A stretch of DNA of 64,000 nt from an uncultured delta proteobacterium (GTDB lineage: Bacteria > Desulfobacterota > BSN033 > UBA1163): positions 1,501 through 65,500 of the forward strand of contig CAWEAV010000080.1 in assembly GCA_963806715.1 (NCBI GenBank), in the 5' to 3' direction. Made by a program: the position numbers and the translations under genes. The notes under the pieces were generated by a model. It was not told where the DNA came from. It saw only the letters and a list, made by a program, of their open reading frames with translations, and did no database searches. Below are positions 9,698 through 21,778 of the stretch, one piece after another (positions within the stretch are counted from its first letter, which is position 1; every line of letters begins with the position of its first letter).

Positions 9698-10369
9698 TCA
9701 CTCTACCTCCCAACCATATTTTCCGATCAGTTTAACAAACCGACAACCCCCAAAATCCTCCTTTTTAATCCCATCTTCAGTTTTCGTGACTCGAATCAGG
9801 TCCTGAACATAGGCATCTCCAATAGGAATGGCCATTTTGCCGCCCACCTTTAATTGATCGATCAAGGGTTGGGGTATCTCCGGAGACCCTGCCGTCACCA
9901 TGATTGCGTCGAAGGGACTCTCATCGAGCCATCCAACGGTTCCATCAGAGAATTTGACCTCAATGTTCAAGTACCCTAAGTCGAGAAGCAATTTTCTTGC
10001 CTTAATCGCTAAGGAAAGGATCCTCTCAATAGAAAAGACCTTGGCAGCCAGTTCTGCTAAAATCGCCGTCTGATATCCGGAACCCGTTCCGATCTCCAGG
10101 ACTTTTTCTTTCCCTGTCAATGCCAAAGTCTCCGTCATCAAAGCGACCATATAGGGTTGGGAAATGGTCTGCTTCTCCCCTATGGGCAAGGGATGGTCGC
10201 TGTAAGCCTGACTTTGGAGGGCTTCTTCAACGAAGAGATGGCGAGGAACCTTTTTCATTGCAGCCATCAACCGGGGGTCCCTGATCCCTCTTGCAACAAT
10301 CTGCTCTTCTACCATCTTCAGTCTTGTCTTCGAATAATCCATCACGCTCTCTATGCCCTTGCCTAGCAA
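9698..10369 (-). CDS. pcm: Protein-L-isoaspartate O-methyltransferase
   Basis: It has the SAM-binding motif [16 protein letters not shown] and [10 protein letters not shown]. The start may be the internal Met at 10342. Confidence 0.9.
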   Translation of the reverse strand: MLGKGIESVMDYSKTRLKMVEEQIVARGIRDPRLMAAMKKVPRHLFVEEALQSQAYSDHPLPIGEKQTISQPYMVALMTETLALTGKEKVLEIGTGSGYQTAILAELAAKVFSIERILSLAIKARKLLLDLGYLNIEVKFSDGTVGWLDESPFDAIMVTAGSPEIPQPLIDQLKVGGKMAIPIGDAYVQDLIRVTKTEDGIKKEDFGGCRFVKLIGKYGWEVE

Positions 10370-10566
10370 AATGCCAACGCCAACTCAAAAAATTCCAAAT
10401 GTCAAAGTTCACGGTTCGACAAGCCTTCGGCCCGAGCGTTCGTCGGTTTTATCCTTCAGCATGTTCATGACACCGTCCTGAGCCTGTCAAAGGATGATCA
10501 TTAAGTTTCATTTGACATTTGCTTGTCTGCCACAGGCAGGGATTTTGAAACTTAGATTTAAAAACT

Positions 10567-13225
10567 TTATTCTTCCTTTTCTGCCTTCTTCTTTAATTCA
10601 TCCAAAATGTGGAGAGCCTCGAGAGGAGTGATTCGGTCGACTTGTATCCTCTTCAATTCGGATCGAATGGGATCAGGCTGAACAAAAAGGGAAAGCTGGG
10701 CAGGAAGCTTCGGTCTTCCCCCTTCGTTCTTTGTCCTTGCAAGCTTGGGCATTCCCATGGCATCCAATTCACCCCTCTCCAGGGTGAGGAGAATTTCTTT
10801 CGCTCGATCGATCACCTTTTGAGGAATCCCGGCCAGCCTTGCAACCTGAATACCGTAACTCCGATTGGTTCCACCCTCAATAATCTTACGAAGGAAAACG
10901 ATTTCATTGTTCCATTCACTGACCGCCACATTATAGTTTTTCACTCTCTCCTTGGTCAAGGCCAATTCTGTCAATTCATGGTAATGGGTGGCAAAAAGGG
11001 TTTTAGGCCTGAGGGAAGGATGGTCATGGAGGTATTCAACCACGGCCCAGGCAATACTCAGACCATCAAAGGTGCTCGTTCCTCTCCCGATCTCATCCAG
11101 AATGAGAAGGCTTCTTGAGGTTGCCTGATTCAGAATGCGAGCCGTCTCCATCATCTCAACCATGAACGTGCTCTGCCCCATGATGATGTTATCGGAAGCA
11201 CCGATCCGTGTAAAGATTCGGTCCACTGCTCCGATTTGAGCTTTTGCTGCCGGAACGAAGCTGCCTATCTGCGCCATAAGGACGATGAGGGCGACCTGTC
11301 TTAAGTAGGTCGATTTACCCGCCATATTGGGTCCTGTAATGATCAGGATTTGATGTTCATCACTATCGATCCGGGTATCGTTTGGAACAAACCTCTCCTG
11401 CAGGGTAATCCGCTCAATGACAGGATGGCGTCCGTCCTGAATGATCACGCCCGCCCTTTCATCCACAGTGGGTCTTGTGTAGCCATACCGATCGGCCACC
11501 TCTGCCAAAGAACTCAGAACATCGATCATGGCAATGGCGGAGGCCGTCTTTTAGAAGCCTGGGAGTGGCCTCCGAAATCCTTTTCCGGATCTCTTCAAAG
11601 ATCCGGTATTCCAATTGGCAGATTTCCTCTTCCGCACCCAGTACCTTTGTTTCAAACTCTTTGAGTTCCGGGGTAATGAATCGTTCTCCATTGACCAGCG
11701 TCTGCTTTCTCGTATAGCGGTCGGGAACGAGCTGGAGGTTGCTTCTGGTCACCTCGATATAGTAGCCAAAGATCTGATTATACCGGATCTTCAGGGAAGC
11801 GATTCCTGTCTTCTTTCTCTCCTCTGCTTCGAGTTGGAGGATCCAACCCTTCCCTTCCTTGCTGATCTTCCTCAACTCGTCCAATTCTTTGTTGTAGTTT
11901 GATTTGACGATCCCTCCCTCGCGGATAGTCAGTGGGGGATCTTCCACAATTGAGGATTCCAAGAGTTGATAAAGATCATCGAAATGCTCCAGCCCTGACG
12001 ACACTTCCTGGATAAAGGGTGCCTCGAAGGATGAGAGGAATGTCTTTAACCCCGGAAGGTTCTTGAGTGATCTTTTCAAGCCAATGAGATCTCTTGCATT
12101 TGCATGGCCAAGATAGATTCTCGAGGTCAGTCGTTCAATATCCTGGATGTCCTTTAAGAATTCCCGAAGGTCCTTCCTCTCAATTTTCTTCTCTTTTAGC
12201 TCCGAAACGCCTTCCAGTCTTTGACTGATCTCTCGAGCATCCATCAGGGGATAATTCAACCACTCCCGCAACTTGCGACTGCCCATTGCCGTCATGGTTT
12301 CATCCAAAACCCAAAAAAGGGACCCCTTCTTCCCCTGGCCGAAGAGCGACTGGGTTAGTTCCAGGTTCCGCTTTGTCGTCTCATCGATGGCCATGAAATC
12401 CTGCACCTGGTAAAAAGTGAGGCGCTGGAGGTGAAAAAGCGCTGTCTTCTCATTTTCCTTCGCATAGCGCAGGGCCATCTCTGCTGCAAGGGCAGCCAAC
12501 GGAGCCCCTTGGAGATTCATCTCCTCACTCAATTGAAACTGTTCTTTGATTTCGGTCAGTGAATGGAGATCTCCCCTCTTGGCATCATCAAAGTAGTTGA
12601 CCAATCCCTTTTCATAGGCCCTTTTGAATCTTTCAAAGCAGGGATGCTGCTGAAAGTCTTTAAAGGTCAAAATCTCTTTCGGTTCGTTTCGGAAGACCTC
12701 GTTCAGGAAAGGTTCAAATCCCGATATCTGGCAGGCCCTGAATTCGCCTGTTGAAATGTCAAGAAAGGCCAGCCCAAAGACTTCTCCTTCCACAGAGAAA
12801 GCCATGAGATAATTATTTTCGCTCTTTTCCAGATGAAGGGAATCGATGGAGAGGCCAGGAGTGAGGACTCGAATCACTTCCCTCTTAACGATCCCCTTGG
12901 CCAGTTTTGGATCTTCCACCTGTTCACAGATCGCAACCTTGTATCCCTTCTGCAGTAACTTTGAGATATAGGCCTCTGCGGCATGGTAAGGAATGCCACA
13001 GAGAGGAACACCTCCCTGCTGCCCTTTATTCCTCGACGTCAAAGCGATGTCCAGTTCCTTCGAACCCACATGAGCATCCTCGAAGAACATTTCATAGAAG
13101 TCTCCCATGCGAAAAAACAGGATGGAATCCGGGTACTGGCTCTTAATCTGGAGGTACTGTTTGATGGCCGGGGTCAAGGGTTTCATAAGTTTACGCAGGG
13201 CCTGCTCTGGGAACGGGCTCTGCAT
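10567..13225 (-). pseudogene. mutS: DNA mismatch repair protein MutS, one frame interruption
   Basis: - The N-part (11459-13225) and the C-part (10567-11529, Walker [10 protein letters not shown]) overlap.
- The sequence becomes continuous (..[16 protein letters not shown]..) if one base is added in T-run 11549-11552. Confidence 0.9.
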
Positions 13226-13481
13226 TTTTTAATCTTGTTTTTGTAGGGTACGGTCACCGTGGTCGTCTTTCCAAGAAATATTTTAATTCAGTTTAATTTA
13301 ACAGAATCTTTGGGGGTTGTAAAATGAAGAGGGAAACAGGGGAAGTAATAGGCTATAAGGTTTAAGGTCAGCCAAGAAACCAGAGATCCGGAGTGAAATG
13401 AGGGAATGAAGGTCTATCCCCAAATATCAAAAATTGTCTATTCGGCTCCCCCATTGCCTATTGCCTTTTTGCGCTACGTAA

Positions 13482-14522
13482 TCATGGGAAGAGCGGAACC
13501 ACTCCAAGGCCAAAGGTCTCAGGATAACCGAGCATGATGTTCATATTCTGGATGGCCTGGCCAGAGGCCCCTTTGACCAGGTTGTCGATCGCCGTCACGA
13601 GGACCAGCCGATCTCCTGACTCATTCACATTCAATCCAATGTCACAATAGTTGGATCCCCTCACATCCTTCGTGTTGGGAAGTTTTCCTTTCGGGTAAAC
13701 CCGAACAAAGGGTTCTTCCCGATAGAATTCGCGAAGGGCATTCAAGACCTCTTCGGTCTTCACCCTCTGAGTGAGACGAACATAGAGTGTGGTCAATATC
13801 CCCCGGTCCATCGGAATCAGATGGGGGACGAAGGTCACCTCGACCTTTTTCTGAACCATCAGACTCAGTTCCTGATCGATTTCGGGGAGGTGCCGGTGAT
13901 CAAAGATCTTATAGGCTTTCACGCCTTCATTGACTTCACAGAAAAGGGATCCTAAAACGACGTCCCGGCCTGCACCGCTCACACCGGATTTCGAATCGAT
14001 GATGATGTTCTCAGAAAAAATCATCTTTTTCTTCAGGAGTGGAATCAGGGGAATCAACGCCCCTGTGGGATAACATCCAGGATTTCCAACGATCTTCGCA
14101 TCCCGGATCTCCTTACGATGAAGCTCAGGTAAACCATAGACAGAATCGGACAGTAACTCCGGACAGGTATGTCTTTGATACCAGCGTTCATATACCCCAG
14201 GATCTTTAAGCCGGAAATCGGCGCTGAGATCCACCACCCTCTTCCCCTGTTGATAGAATGAAGGGACGGTCTCCATAGCCGTTTTATGAGGAACTGCAGC
14301 AAAGACAAAATCGACTTTATCTGCAACACGATCTGAAGAGAGCTCTTCACACTTCAATTGAAAACAGTGGGTAAGGGAGGGAAAGACCTGGTCAATCGGA
14401 ACGCCTGCATATTTCTGGGAAGTCAGAACCGTAACCTCCACTTCGGGGTGGAGGAGGAGCAGGCGCAGCAGTTCAACCCCCGTATATCCTGTTCCACCGA
14501 TAATGCCCACTCGTGTCTTCAT
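13482..14522 (-). CDS. argC: N-acetyl-gamma-glutamyl-phosphate reductase
   Basis: It has MKTRVGIIGGTGYTG Rossmann start and the active-site region GNPGCYPT. The track ORF extends 10 codons upstream to 14552. Confidence 0.9.
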   Translation of the reverse strand: MKTRVGIIGGTGYTGVELLRLLLLHPEVEVTVLTSQKYAGVPIDQVFPSLTHCFQLKCEELSSDRVADKVDFVFAAVPHKTAMETVPSFYQQGKRVVDLSADFRLKDPGVYERWYQRHTCPELLSDSVYGLPELHRKEIRDAKIVGNPGCYPTGALIPLIPLLKKKMIFSENIIIDSKSGVSGAGRDVVLGSLFCEVNEGVKAYKIFDHRHLPEIDQELSLMVQKKVEVTFVPHLIPMDRGILTTLYVRLTQRVKTEEVLNALREFYREEPFVRVYPKGKLPNTKDVRGSNYCDIGLNVNESGDRLVLVTAIDNLVKGASGQAIQNMNIMLGYPETFGLGVVPLFP

Positions 14523-14665
14523 AGAATAACCTCTCCGCTCAATTATCGTCAATCTCGTCTATTTCGTTGATATCGCCAATCTCGTATATCTCTTTAACTG
14601 AAAACCTGGCCAGAGGAACTTGAAACTTCGCCTTATCCTGGTCATGATCTGACCAGCTTAATAAC

Positions 14666-14695
14666 AAAAAGGGAGGTCCCCTGACCTCCCTTTTT
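14666..14695 (-). terminator. Rho-independent terminator after rpsI (palindromic, potentially bidirectional)
   Basis: AAAAAGGGAGGTC-CCCT-GACCTCCCTTTTT. Confidence 0.6.
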
Positions 14696-14721
14696 CAGTC
14701 GGATCAATTGAGGTCATGGGG

Positions 14722-15111
14722 TTAACGTTTCGAGAACTGGGGCCTGCGTCTGGCTCCCCTTCTTCCGTATTTTTTGCGCTCTTTGACCCTCGAGTCGCGT
14801 GTCAAAAAACCCGCCTTTTTCAAGGCATCCTTAAACTCGGGGTTATATTGAAGCAAGGCCTTTGAAATTCCATGACGGATCGCAATGGATTGGCCTGAAA
14901 CCCCTCCTCCCCGAACATTCACCAAGACATCGAACCTGTTCTGGGTTCCGGTAATTTCAAAGGGTTGAAGAATGATCATTTCTTCCGTCTCGATCGTAAA
15001 ATACTCTTTCAACCCTCTCTCATTTACGGAAAACTTTCCTTCTCCGGGCATCAGCCATACCCTTGCGATGGAGGTCTTTCTCTTGCCTGTGGCGTAAATC
15101 GGTTCTGTCAC
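14722..15111 (-). CDS. rpsI: 30S ribosomal protein S9
   Basis: The C-terminus is [20 protein letters not shown] at 15111 is preceded by AAGGAGAAGAGG right after the rplM stop. The longer track ORF (to 15183) overlaps rplM and is unlikely. Confidence 0.9.
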   Translation of the reverse strand: MTEPIYATGKRKTSIARVWLMPGEGKFSVNERGLKEYFTIETEEMIILQPFEITGTQNRFDVLVNVRGGGVSGQSIAIRHGISKALLQYNPEFKDALKKAGFLTRDSRVKERKKYGRRGARRRPQFSKR

Positions 15112-15127
15112 GGTTCCTCTTCTCCTT

Positions 15128-15556
15128 TTAAATGTCGATTGTGACGGGCCCCTGGGCTTCATGGGGATGTTTTGGCCCGGCATAGACCTTCAATTTCCGA
15201 AGCATCTGTCGGCCCAGACTATTCTTCGGGAGCATCCCTTTGACAGCCAGCCGAATCAACTCCGTGGGCTTCTTAGCCAAGAGTTTTTCGGCGCTGACGG
15301 CCTTGATTCCACCAGGGTGACCGCTGTGATGATAATAGACCTTGTCTTTCATCTTCTTTCCGGTCAAGGATACCTTGTTGGCGTTGATGACCACCACAAA
15401 ATCCCCCGTGTCCACATGGGGGGTGAAAATGGCTTTATTCTTGCCCCTCAAGATCTTAACCAATTCGGTCGCCATTCGGCCCAGGACTTTTCCCTCTGCA
15501 TTCACCAGATACCATTGATGATCGACACTCTCTTTTTTGGCTTGAAACGTCTTCAT
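15128..15556 (-). CDS. rplM: 50S ribosomal protein L13
   Basis: 142 aa. [30 protein letters not shown]... is canonical L13. Confidence 0.95.
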   Translation of the reverse strand: MKTFQAKKESVDHQWYLVNAEGKVLGRMATELVKILRGKNKAIFTPHVDTGDFVVVINANKVSLTGKKMKDKVYYHHSGHPGGIKAVSAEKLLAKKPTELIRLAVKGMLPKNSLGRQMLRKLKVYAGPKHPHEAQGPVTIDI

Positions 15557-15824
15557 TTCACCACCCTTAAACTATTAAAATTAAGATATTATCGCGATAA
15601 ATGTCAAGGAGAAACTTTCACCCAAATCCCGACATAGAAATTAAAGGATGTTTCTCCGGGGAGATTTAAGGAAATTTTTTGGTTAAAAAATTGGGACTTC
15701 TCCAGGAGGACTCCTGAATTCGTGCATTTCAACGAATGCGATTCCCTCTCAACCTTGGATTTCGAAGATTTTGGGCAAACTCCTCCCTTGGCCTGACTCC
15801 CTCTCATCAACGTCTCTTGTTTCA

Positions 15825-17147
15825 TCATTCCAGGCATAAACTCAACTCAAAAGATTTTTTTCGAATCCCTCTGAATAATTCCAACTTCTCCAGATCCATC
15901 ATCAACTTCAGAACAGTCTCCCCAGCATGTTTGACAATCCGGCCGGCCACTTGCACCATCTTCCACCGAAAGGTCGCAATCGTCTGGTTTACCCAGGATT
16001 CCGGACAGGACAGCCGTTTGAATCCAATGAAAAGATTGTAGGCCAACACCCCTATCCTAAAGAACACCGCATTGGCATGGGTCTGCCCACAGGGCATCCG
16101 CTCCATCCCAATCCCAACCTTTACTTCCTTATTAAAGTTCTCCGCCTGCCCCCTCTGATTATGCCACTTCAGCACCCCAGCCGTATCCTTCTCTTCCTCC
16201 AACCAGTTCGTCGCTACGGCATGATAAAAATACTGCCCTTCCTTCCCCTCAAAGAGCTCGCCCTGTCTCCTCATCTCTCGTTTGATGACCAATCGAAATG
16301 CCTTCTTCGTCTCATTCATACAGTGCACCGTTTCCGACAACTCATACCCACATCCCCTCACCGGTTCCTTCCATTCCTCTTCCTTGATCGACCCAATCAA
16401 TGCCTTCACCGCTTTGTCCTGATCCGCTGTAATGGCATACTTCACCCCATCCTTCTCTAATTGGTTGAATAGCTCCGCCTGATACGAGGCGCTATCCGCC
16501 CGATAATACCCAATTCGCTTCCCCACCGGCATCCGCTTCTTGCACTCCAGGTAAAACCCCTTCTGCCCACTCTGAGGAGAAATATTGCCTTCCCGAAACT
16601 CATCATAAATACAAATTGCCACTTCATACAAAAAACCAAGTACCGGCATATACCCCTTGTTCCCGTTATAGGTGTACAAGGCATCCGCTTTCTCCCCAAT
16701 AACCTCCGTCGCATCCGCATCTAACGTATAACTCTCCCTCCCATCCCTCTTCAAAATCCTTCCATTGATCTTATTCCGAACCTCATCTAACCCCTTGAGC
16801 CCAACCTCCCCGGACTTCCGATCTCCCATTCTTCTTAACCAGTCCCCCACCGTATCAGGCTCAGGAATCTCATCCCGCCCAATCAACTTCATGAGCCCTT
16901 CCTCATTCTTTAATTCTCTTAGATCTTCCAAACTCCTCCCGCCCCCCTGCAACATCAACACCACGGCATCCACTATCTCGGAAGGATTAAACCCTCGATT
17001 ACTCCCGGGGGCCGGTAGGTACCGATCCGTCAGCTCTCTCAACCCTATCCCATGGTTGAACTCCGCCATCAATGCCAGTCCTCCATGGGCTGTCAACCTC
17101 TCCTTCGTTGTCTCTATCTTGAAAGGGAATACGGTTTGCTGTATCAT
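15825..17147 (-). CDS. DDE transposase, IS1380-family-like
   Basis: - The ORF is 440 aa from the ATG at 17147, which has AGGAGG 8 nt upstream.
- The N-terminus FPFKIETTKERLTAHGGLALMAEF and the overall length and pattern resemble IS1380-type transposases.
- The family assignment rests on my recall of the N-terminal pattern, not on a search. Confidence 0.65.
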   Translation of the reverse strand: MIQQTVFPFKIETTKERLTAHGGLALMAEFNHGIGLRELTDRYLPAPGSNRGFNPSEIVDAVVLMLQGGGRSLEDLRELKNEEGLMKLIGRDEIPEPDTVGDWLRRMGDRKSGEVGLKGLDEVRNKINGRILKRDGRESYTLDADATEVIGEKADALYTYNGNKGYMPVLGFLYEVAICIYDEFREGNISPQSGQKGFYLECKKRMPVGKRIGYYRADSASYQAELFNQLEKDGVKYAITADQDKAVKALIGSIKEEEWKEPVRGCGYELSETVHCMNETKKAFRLVIKREMRRQGELFEGKEGQYFYHAVATNWLEEEKDTAGVLKWHNQRGQAENFNKEVKVGIGMERMPCGQTHANAVFFRIGVLAYNLFIGFKRLSCPESWVNQTIATFRWKMVQVAGRIVKHAGETVLKLMMDLEKLELFRGIRKKSFELSLCLE

Positions 17148-17180
17148 AACAATTACCTCCTTTTGGTTTTTCGGTTTCAC
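15825..17180 (-). mobile_element. Insertion sequence (minimal extent; the true ends lie somewhere within 15557-15824 and 17181-17268)
   Basis: A single intact transposase gene occupies the gap between the rplM start (15556) and the secF stop (17269). I could not define terminal inverted repeats with confidence. Confidence 0.5.
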
Positions 17181-17268
17181 CTTGCTGGTGATATTCTTAT
17201 ATCACCGAAACCTCCAAATCAAAAGGGGGTTTTTTTATTTCTCAAATTCCTATATCTTTTTTAGGGTT

Positions 17269-18183
17269 TCACTTTCGCTTTCTTTTGTTGGTGATCTGTT
17301 CTTCCCAGAATAAAACAACAGGGCTCGCAATATAGACCGTAGAATAAGTTCCAGTCGTTATTCCGACAATTAGAGCAATTGTAAACTCACGGAGAACCTG
17401 TCCGGCAAAGAAGAAGAGGATCAGCACTGAGATCATGACCGTTCCTGTGGTGAGGACCGTTCGCCCGAGGCACTCATTGATACTCTCGTTAAACACCGCA
17501 ACGAGGTCTGTCTTCCTCATCTTCTTCATATTCTCTCTCACCCGGTCAAAAATGACAATGGTATCGTTGATTGAAAAACCAATGACGGTAAGGATGACTG
17601 CCATCAGGGACAAATTGTATTCCAGATTCAGGACAGAGATTGCCCCATAGGTCACGATAATATCGTGAAATAAGGAGATCACCCCGCCAAGTCCATAAGA
17701 AAACTTATGAAATCGAAAGGCAATATAGATCATGATTCCAAAGAGCGAGAGTCCCACCGCCCACACGGCCTTCTGTTTCAAATCCTTCCCAACCATCGGA
17801 CCAACGACCTCCGCCCTTAGAATCTCAAGTGCCTTGTCCTTGAATCGTTCTTGGAGCGCGGTCTGAATCTTCTTTGACACAGCCTCAAGATCTTCTGAAC
17901 TTTTCTCCACGCGGATCAAGAACTCGTTTTCTCCTCCGAAGTTTTGGACCACTGCCTCCTTCGACCCTGAAGTCTCCAAAGCATTTCGGATCTCCGAGAT
18001 GTTCAGCGCCTTCGAGAATTTAATCTGCAGTACCAGGCCACCCGCAAAATCGACCCCATTCCTTAGCCCGCCGTGATAAAGGATGGACCCAATGGTCACA
18101 ACAATGGCCAGAGCCGAAATCCAGAGGGTAATCTTCTTCATCCCTATAAAATCGTAATGGGTACCCGGCCGTATCAATTCCAT
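17269..18183 (-). CDS. secF: Protein translocase subunit SecF
   Basis: 304-aa membrane ORF immediately downstream of secD, with the SecF pattern VDFAGG...INDTIVIFDRVREN. Confidence 0.9.
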   Translation of the reverse strand: MELIRPGTHYDFIGMKKITLWISALAIVVTIGSILYHGGLRNGVDFAGGLVLQIKFSKALNISEIRNALETSGSKEAVVQNFGGENEFLIRVEKSSEDLEAVSKKIQTALQERFKDKALEILRAEVVGPMVGKDLKQKAVWAVGLSLFGIMIYIAFRFHKFSYGLGGVISLFHDIIVTYGAISVLNLEYNLSLMAVILTVIGFSINDTIVIFDRVRENMKKMRKTDLVAVFNESINECLGRTVLTTGTVMISVLILFFFAGQVLREFTIALIVGITTGTYSTVYIASPVVLFWEEQITNKRKRK

Positions 18184-18203
18184 ATGACAGTTCCCCTCAA
18201 CCG

Positions 18204-19797
18204 TTAAATGCTCAATCGTTTAACCGCAAATTTAAGTGTGATGAAATCGTAGATCAACCTTGTGACAAAAACAGCAGTAAAGAGGTTGGCCAGGAGACCG
18301 ATGCACAACGTTACAGCAAATCCCCTGACCGGACCGGTTCCGAACTGGTAGAGGATCACCCCAGAGATCAGAGCCGCCACATGGGAATCAAAAATGGCGG
18401 TGAAGGCACGATGATAGCCCTGATCGATCGCCATTCGAATCGTCTTTCCCAGCCTCAACTCCTCTTTGATCCTCTCATTAATCAGGATATTGGAATCAAC
18501 GGCCATTCCGATGGTCAGAACTAAGCCGGCAATGCCGGGAAGGGTCAGGGTCGCCCGGAACAGAGCCAGGTACTGCCAACGTTAGGATCACGTTCAGGAT
18601 AAGAGCAGAATCGGCAACCAGACCCGAATACCGGTAGTATATAACCATGAAGATAGCGACGACAATCGCACTCATCAGTATGGAGATAATCCCCTTGTGG
18701 ATCGAATCCTGTCCAAGAGAGGGCCCGATGGTTCTCTGTTCAATGATTTTCACAGGCGCAGGGAGAGAACCTGATCTAAGAACAATAGCTAAGTCACTCG
18801 CCTCTTTCATGTCAAACCGACCCGTAATCTGGGCTCTTCCCCCGCCAATCCTCTCCTGAATCACAGGAGCGGAATAGACATTGTTATCGAGAATGATCGC
18901 CAATCGCTTCTTCACATTGGCGCCGGTGATCTGTTCGAAAAGCTTCGCTCCGATATCATTAAACTCCATGGCCACATAGGGTTCGTGAAATTGGGAATCG
19001 AGGGATACACGCGCATCCTTGATCAAATCGCCCGTCATCAGTGTCTTTTCTTTCAGCAGGTAAGGAATCCTTCTCACCGCCCCTGTCTGGGGGTCCACCG
19101 CTCTTTGATACAGAATGATATCCCCAGGAGGAACATTCCCCTTCAATGCCTCCTCAAGGTTTCCTTCGTCATCGACCACCTTAAACTCCAATAGGGCGGT
19201 CTTCCCGATAAGATTGATCGCCCTCTCAGAGTCCCTGATCCCTGGGAGCTGAAGAAGGATTTGATTTGTACCCTGCCGGGTGATTTCAGGCTCTGTAACA
19301 CCGAATTGATCGATTCGATTTCTAATAATTTCGAGGGCCTGGTCGATAGCATGTCTCTTCGTATTCTCCACATCTTTGCTGTCAAGGACCAATTGGTACT
19401 TCCATACCCCTCCCTCTCCGGAGGTGGGCTTTTCATGGAGCATGGGAAACCGCTGGCTGAGGAGATTGTCAACCTTTTCTTTGGGCCCTGAAAATTCCAA
19501 GAAGATTGCATCCTTCTCACGATCAATCTTTCCGACTGGGATCCCTTGCTCTTTCAGGGCATCCGCCAGATTGTTCTTAACCTGTTCAACATAACTTTCT
19601 GCTGCCTTCTCTTCTTCAACCTGGAGGAGAAGATACATGCCTCCCTGCAAATCGAGGCCAAGATGAATCTTCTCCGCGGGAATGACTTTGCTAATCCACG
19701 GAGGCAGTTGAGAGATCGCATTGGGCAAAAGGAGAAGGATGGCGAAAACCGTAATCGCACTATAAAGAATAAATCTCCATCGCAGGCCTTTTAACAT
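18204..19797 (-). pseudogene. secD: Protein translocase subunit SecD, one frame interruption
   Basis: - N-part 18496-19797 and C-part 18204-18506.
- The conserved [34 protein letters not shown] is readable in the second frame.
- The junction is near 18565-18575. Confidence 0.9.
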
Positions 19798-19962
19798 GAA
19801 TGGCTCCTCTTCATCCTAACAAAATGAAACCAAGGGCCAGACTGCACCCTTGGGACTTTTTAACATAGCCTATTCCGATTGATTTTGCAAGAGAAAATTT
19901 TCCATCGAAAAGAATGCCAAAAATACCATTAAGAGTGATCCGAAGCAGTCTCTTTTTTCAAT

Positions 19963-19994
19963 AAAAAGGCCCAAGAATGATTCTCTTGGGCCTT
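19963..19994 (-). terminator. Rho-independent terminator after the acyl-CoA synthetase gene
   Basis: Stem AAGGCCCAAGA / TCTTGGGCCTT. On the minus strand it is followed by TTTTTATT. Confidence 0.6.
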
Positions 19995-20016
19995 CATCGT
20001 CTCCTTCAAATAGAGG

Positions 20017-21595
20017 CTATTTCACATCACTCCATTTCCCGTAACGCTCTCTCAAAATCCGGTGAAGGATCTTTCCGGTTGGAGTCATGGGCATTTCGTC
20101 ATCCTTGATGAAGTCGATCGATTTTGGAATTTTATACCCCGCAATCTTTCCCCTACATTGTTCTACGAGCTCCTTGTCTGTGACGCTTTTACCCTGATGG
20201 AGTGTCACGACCGCCTTGACCGCCTCTCCCCATTTTTCGTGGGGAATCCCAATCACGGCAACATATTTGACTGCCGGATGGGACCCAAGAAGATTCTCAA
20301 CTTCTGATGGGAAGACATTCTCCCCGCCGGTAATGATCATATTAGCCTTTCGATCGACCAGGACGAAATATCCGTCTTCATCCTGGTAGGCCATATCGCC
20401 TGCAGAGAACCATTCACCCTGAAAAACTGACTTCGTTTTCTCAGGGTCCTTCCAGTAGGCCTTAAAAATATGGGGTGTCCTCGAGTAAAGCTCTCCCACC
20501 TGGCCTCTTGGCACTTCTTTCCCATTCTCATCCAGGATCTTGATCCGGTCCGTCCCAAAGATCTCCCTCCCGATAGAGCCAAGCTTCTTGAACTGCTCTT
20601 CGGGTCGGAGGAGCGTCACCAGACCGGCTTCAGTCGAGCCATAGGCTTCCCAGAGTTCGGCGTTTTTGAAATAGTCCATGATCGCTAATTTGGTATCTTT
20701 CCGCGCAGGAGCCGAGGAGATGAGAAGCTGCCGGATTGAACTGACATCGATCTTCCTCTTCACTTCATCCGGAAGGGCCAGCATCATGATGTAGTGGGTG
20801 GGAACAAGAGAAGTGAACGTGATCTTCTCTCTTTCAATCGTCTTCAGGAGATCTACCGGATCAAAACTGATCATGTTGTACACGAATGCCTTCGCACTCA
20901 CATACGTATAGGCAAAAGAATAGTAGATAGAGTTGATGTGGCACATGGGCATGACGAGCATGACACAATCCGTGGGCCTGAGCGCCATATTGATTCCGTT
21001 TAAGACATACTGAGAAACATTTCCCTCATGGGTCCGGATGACACCTTTGGGTTTACCGGTGGTGCCCGAAGTATACATGATATTCCACATATCCTCTGCA
21101 TCAACAACCACATCGGGCTCCTCCGGGGATGCCTCTCGCGATGAGCGCTTCATAGCTTTGATATCCCTCGGGGACGGGCCGTCCCCGAAATAGATGTAGT
21201 TCTCTTTGGGTATCATGGGGAGCTTGTCACGGAAGGAATTGACCATCTGGACAAAATCCTTCTGGACGATGAAGGCCTTACATTCGGAGTGATTGATCAC
21301 ATACTCCATCTCAGGACCAGCAAGACGAAACATGATGGGAACTGTGACTTGACCGCCTTTTGCAGAGGCAGCATAGATCTCCATCCACTCGACACAGTTA
21401 TACGCCAAAATGGCAAAGCGATCCCCCTTTTTCACTCCCAGATTGACCAGCGCATTGGCCAGGCGGCAACTCCTGTCGTTCCATTGTTTGAAGGTCAATG
21501 TTCGGAATTTGTCTCGCAGCGCCCTCTTTATCAGGGAAATGCATGGCCATCATCTTCAGAACCGTCCCTGCTGTCATCCATTTGCTGATCGTCAT
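20017..21595 (-). pseudogene. AMP-dependent acyl-CoA synthetase/ligase, N-terminal frame interruption
   Basis: - The main ORF 20017-21498 carries the AMP-binding motif YTSGTTGKPKGV.
- The N-terminal 30 codons (start 21595) are in another frame.
- The junction is near 21515 (..FPDKEGA / RDKFRTLTFKQW..). Confidence 0.85.
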
Positions 21596-21724
21596 AAAAC
21601 CGCCTCCTTTATGAATGATTTTTAGTGGCTTGTGATTTTATACACATTCCTTACCAATAATGAAAATTTTTGTCAAGAAAAAGTTTTTGTACGATGGAGG
21701 ATTTTTGCTTGTGAAATTTTTATC

Positions 21725-21753
21725 TTGACAAATTTTGGGCACTAAAGTATAAA
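21725..21753 (+). promoter_or_regulatory. Sigma-70-like promoter upstream of the gcvH-like gene
   Basis: TTGACA (21725-21730), a 17-nt spacer, then TATAAA (21748-21753). An AAGGAGG ribosome-binding site lies at 21768-21774 before the ATG at 21779. Confidence 0.55.
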
Positions 21754-21778
21754 GCGACCAAATAGAAAGGAGGATGCC

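Noticed and set aside
10400-10560. A small gene or ncRNA in the pcm/mutS spacer, suggested by peptide-like words such as those encoded by CCGTCCTGAGCCTGTCAAAGGA.
   Set aside because: There is no ORF of meaningful length. The sequence resembles degenerate copies of short palindromic intergenic repeats rather than a coding or recognisable RNA gene.
15557-17268. Terminal inverted repeats and a target-site duplication for the IS.
   Set aside because: The best candidates (TTGGATTTCG near 15765 versus CGAAACCTCCAA near 17205, and AGGAAATTT / AGGAATTT segments) match poorly. I cannot define the element ends from a single copy.
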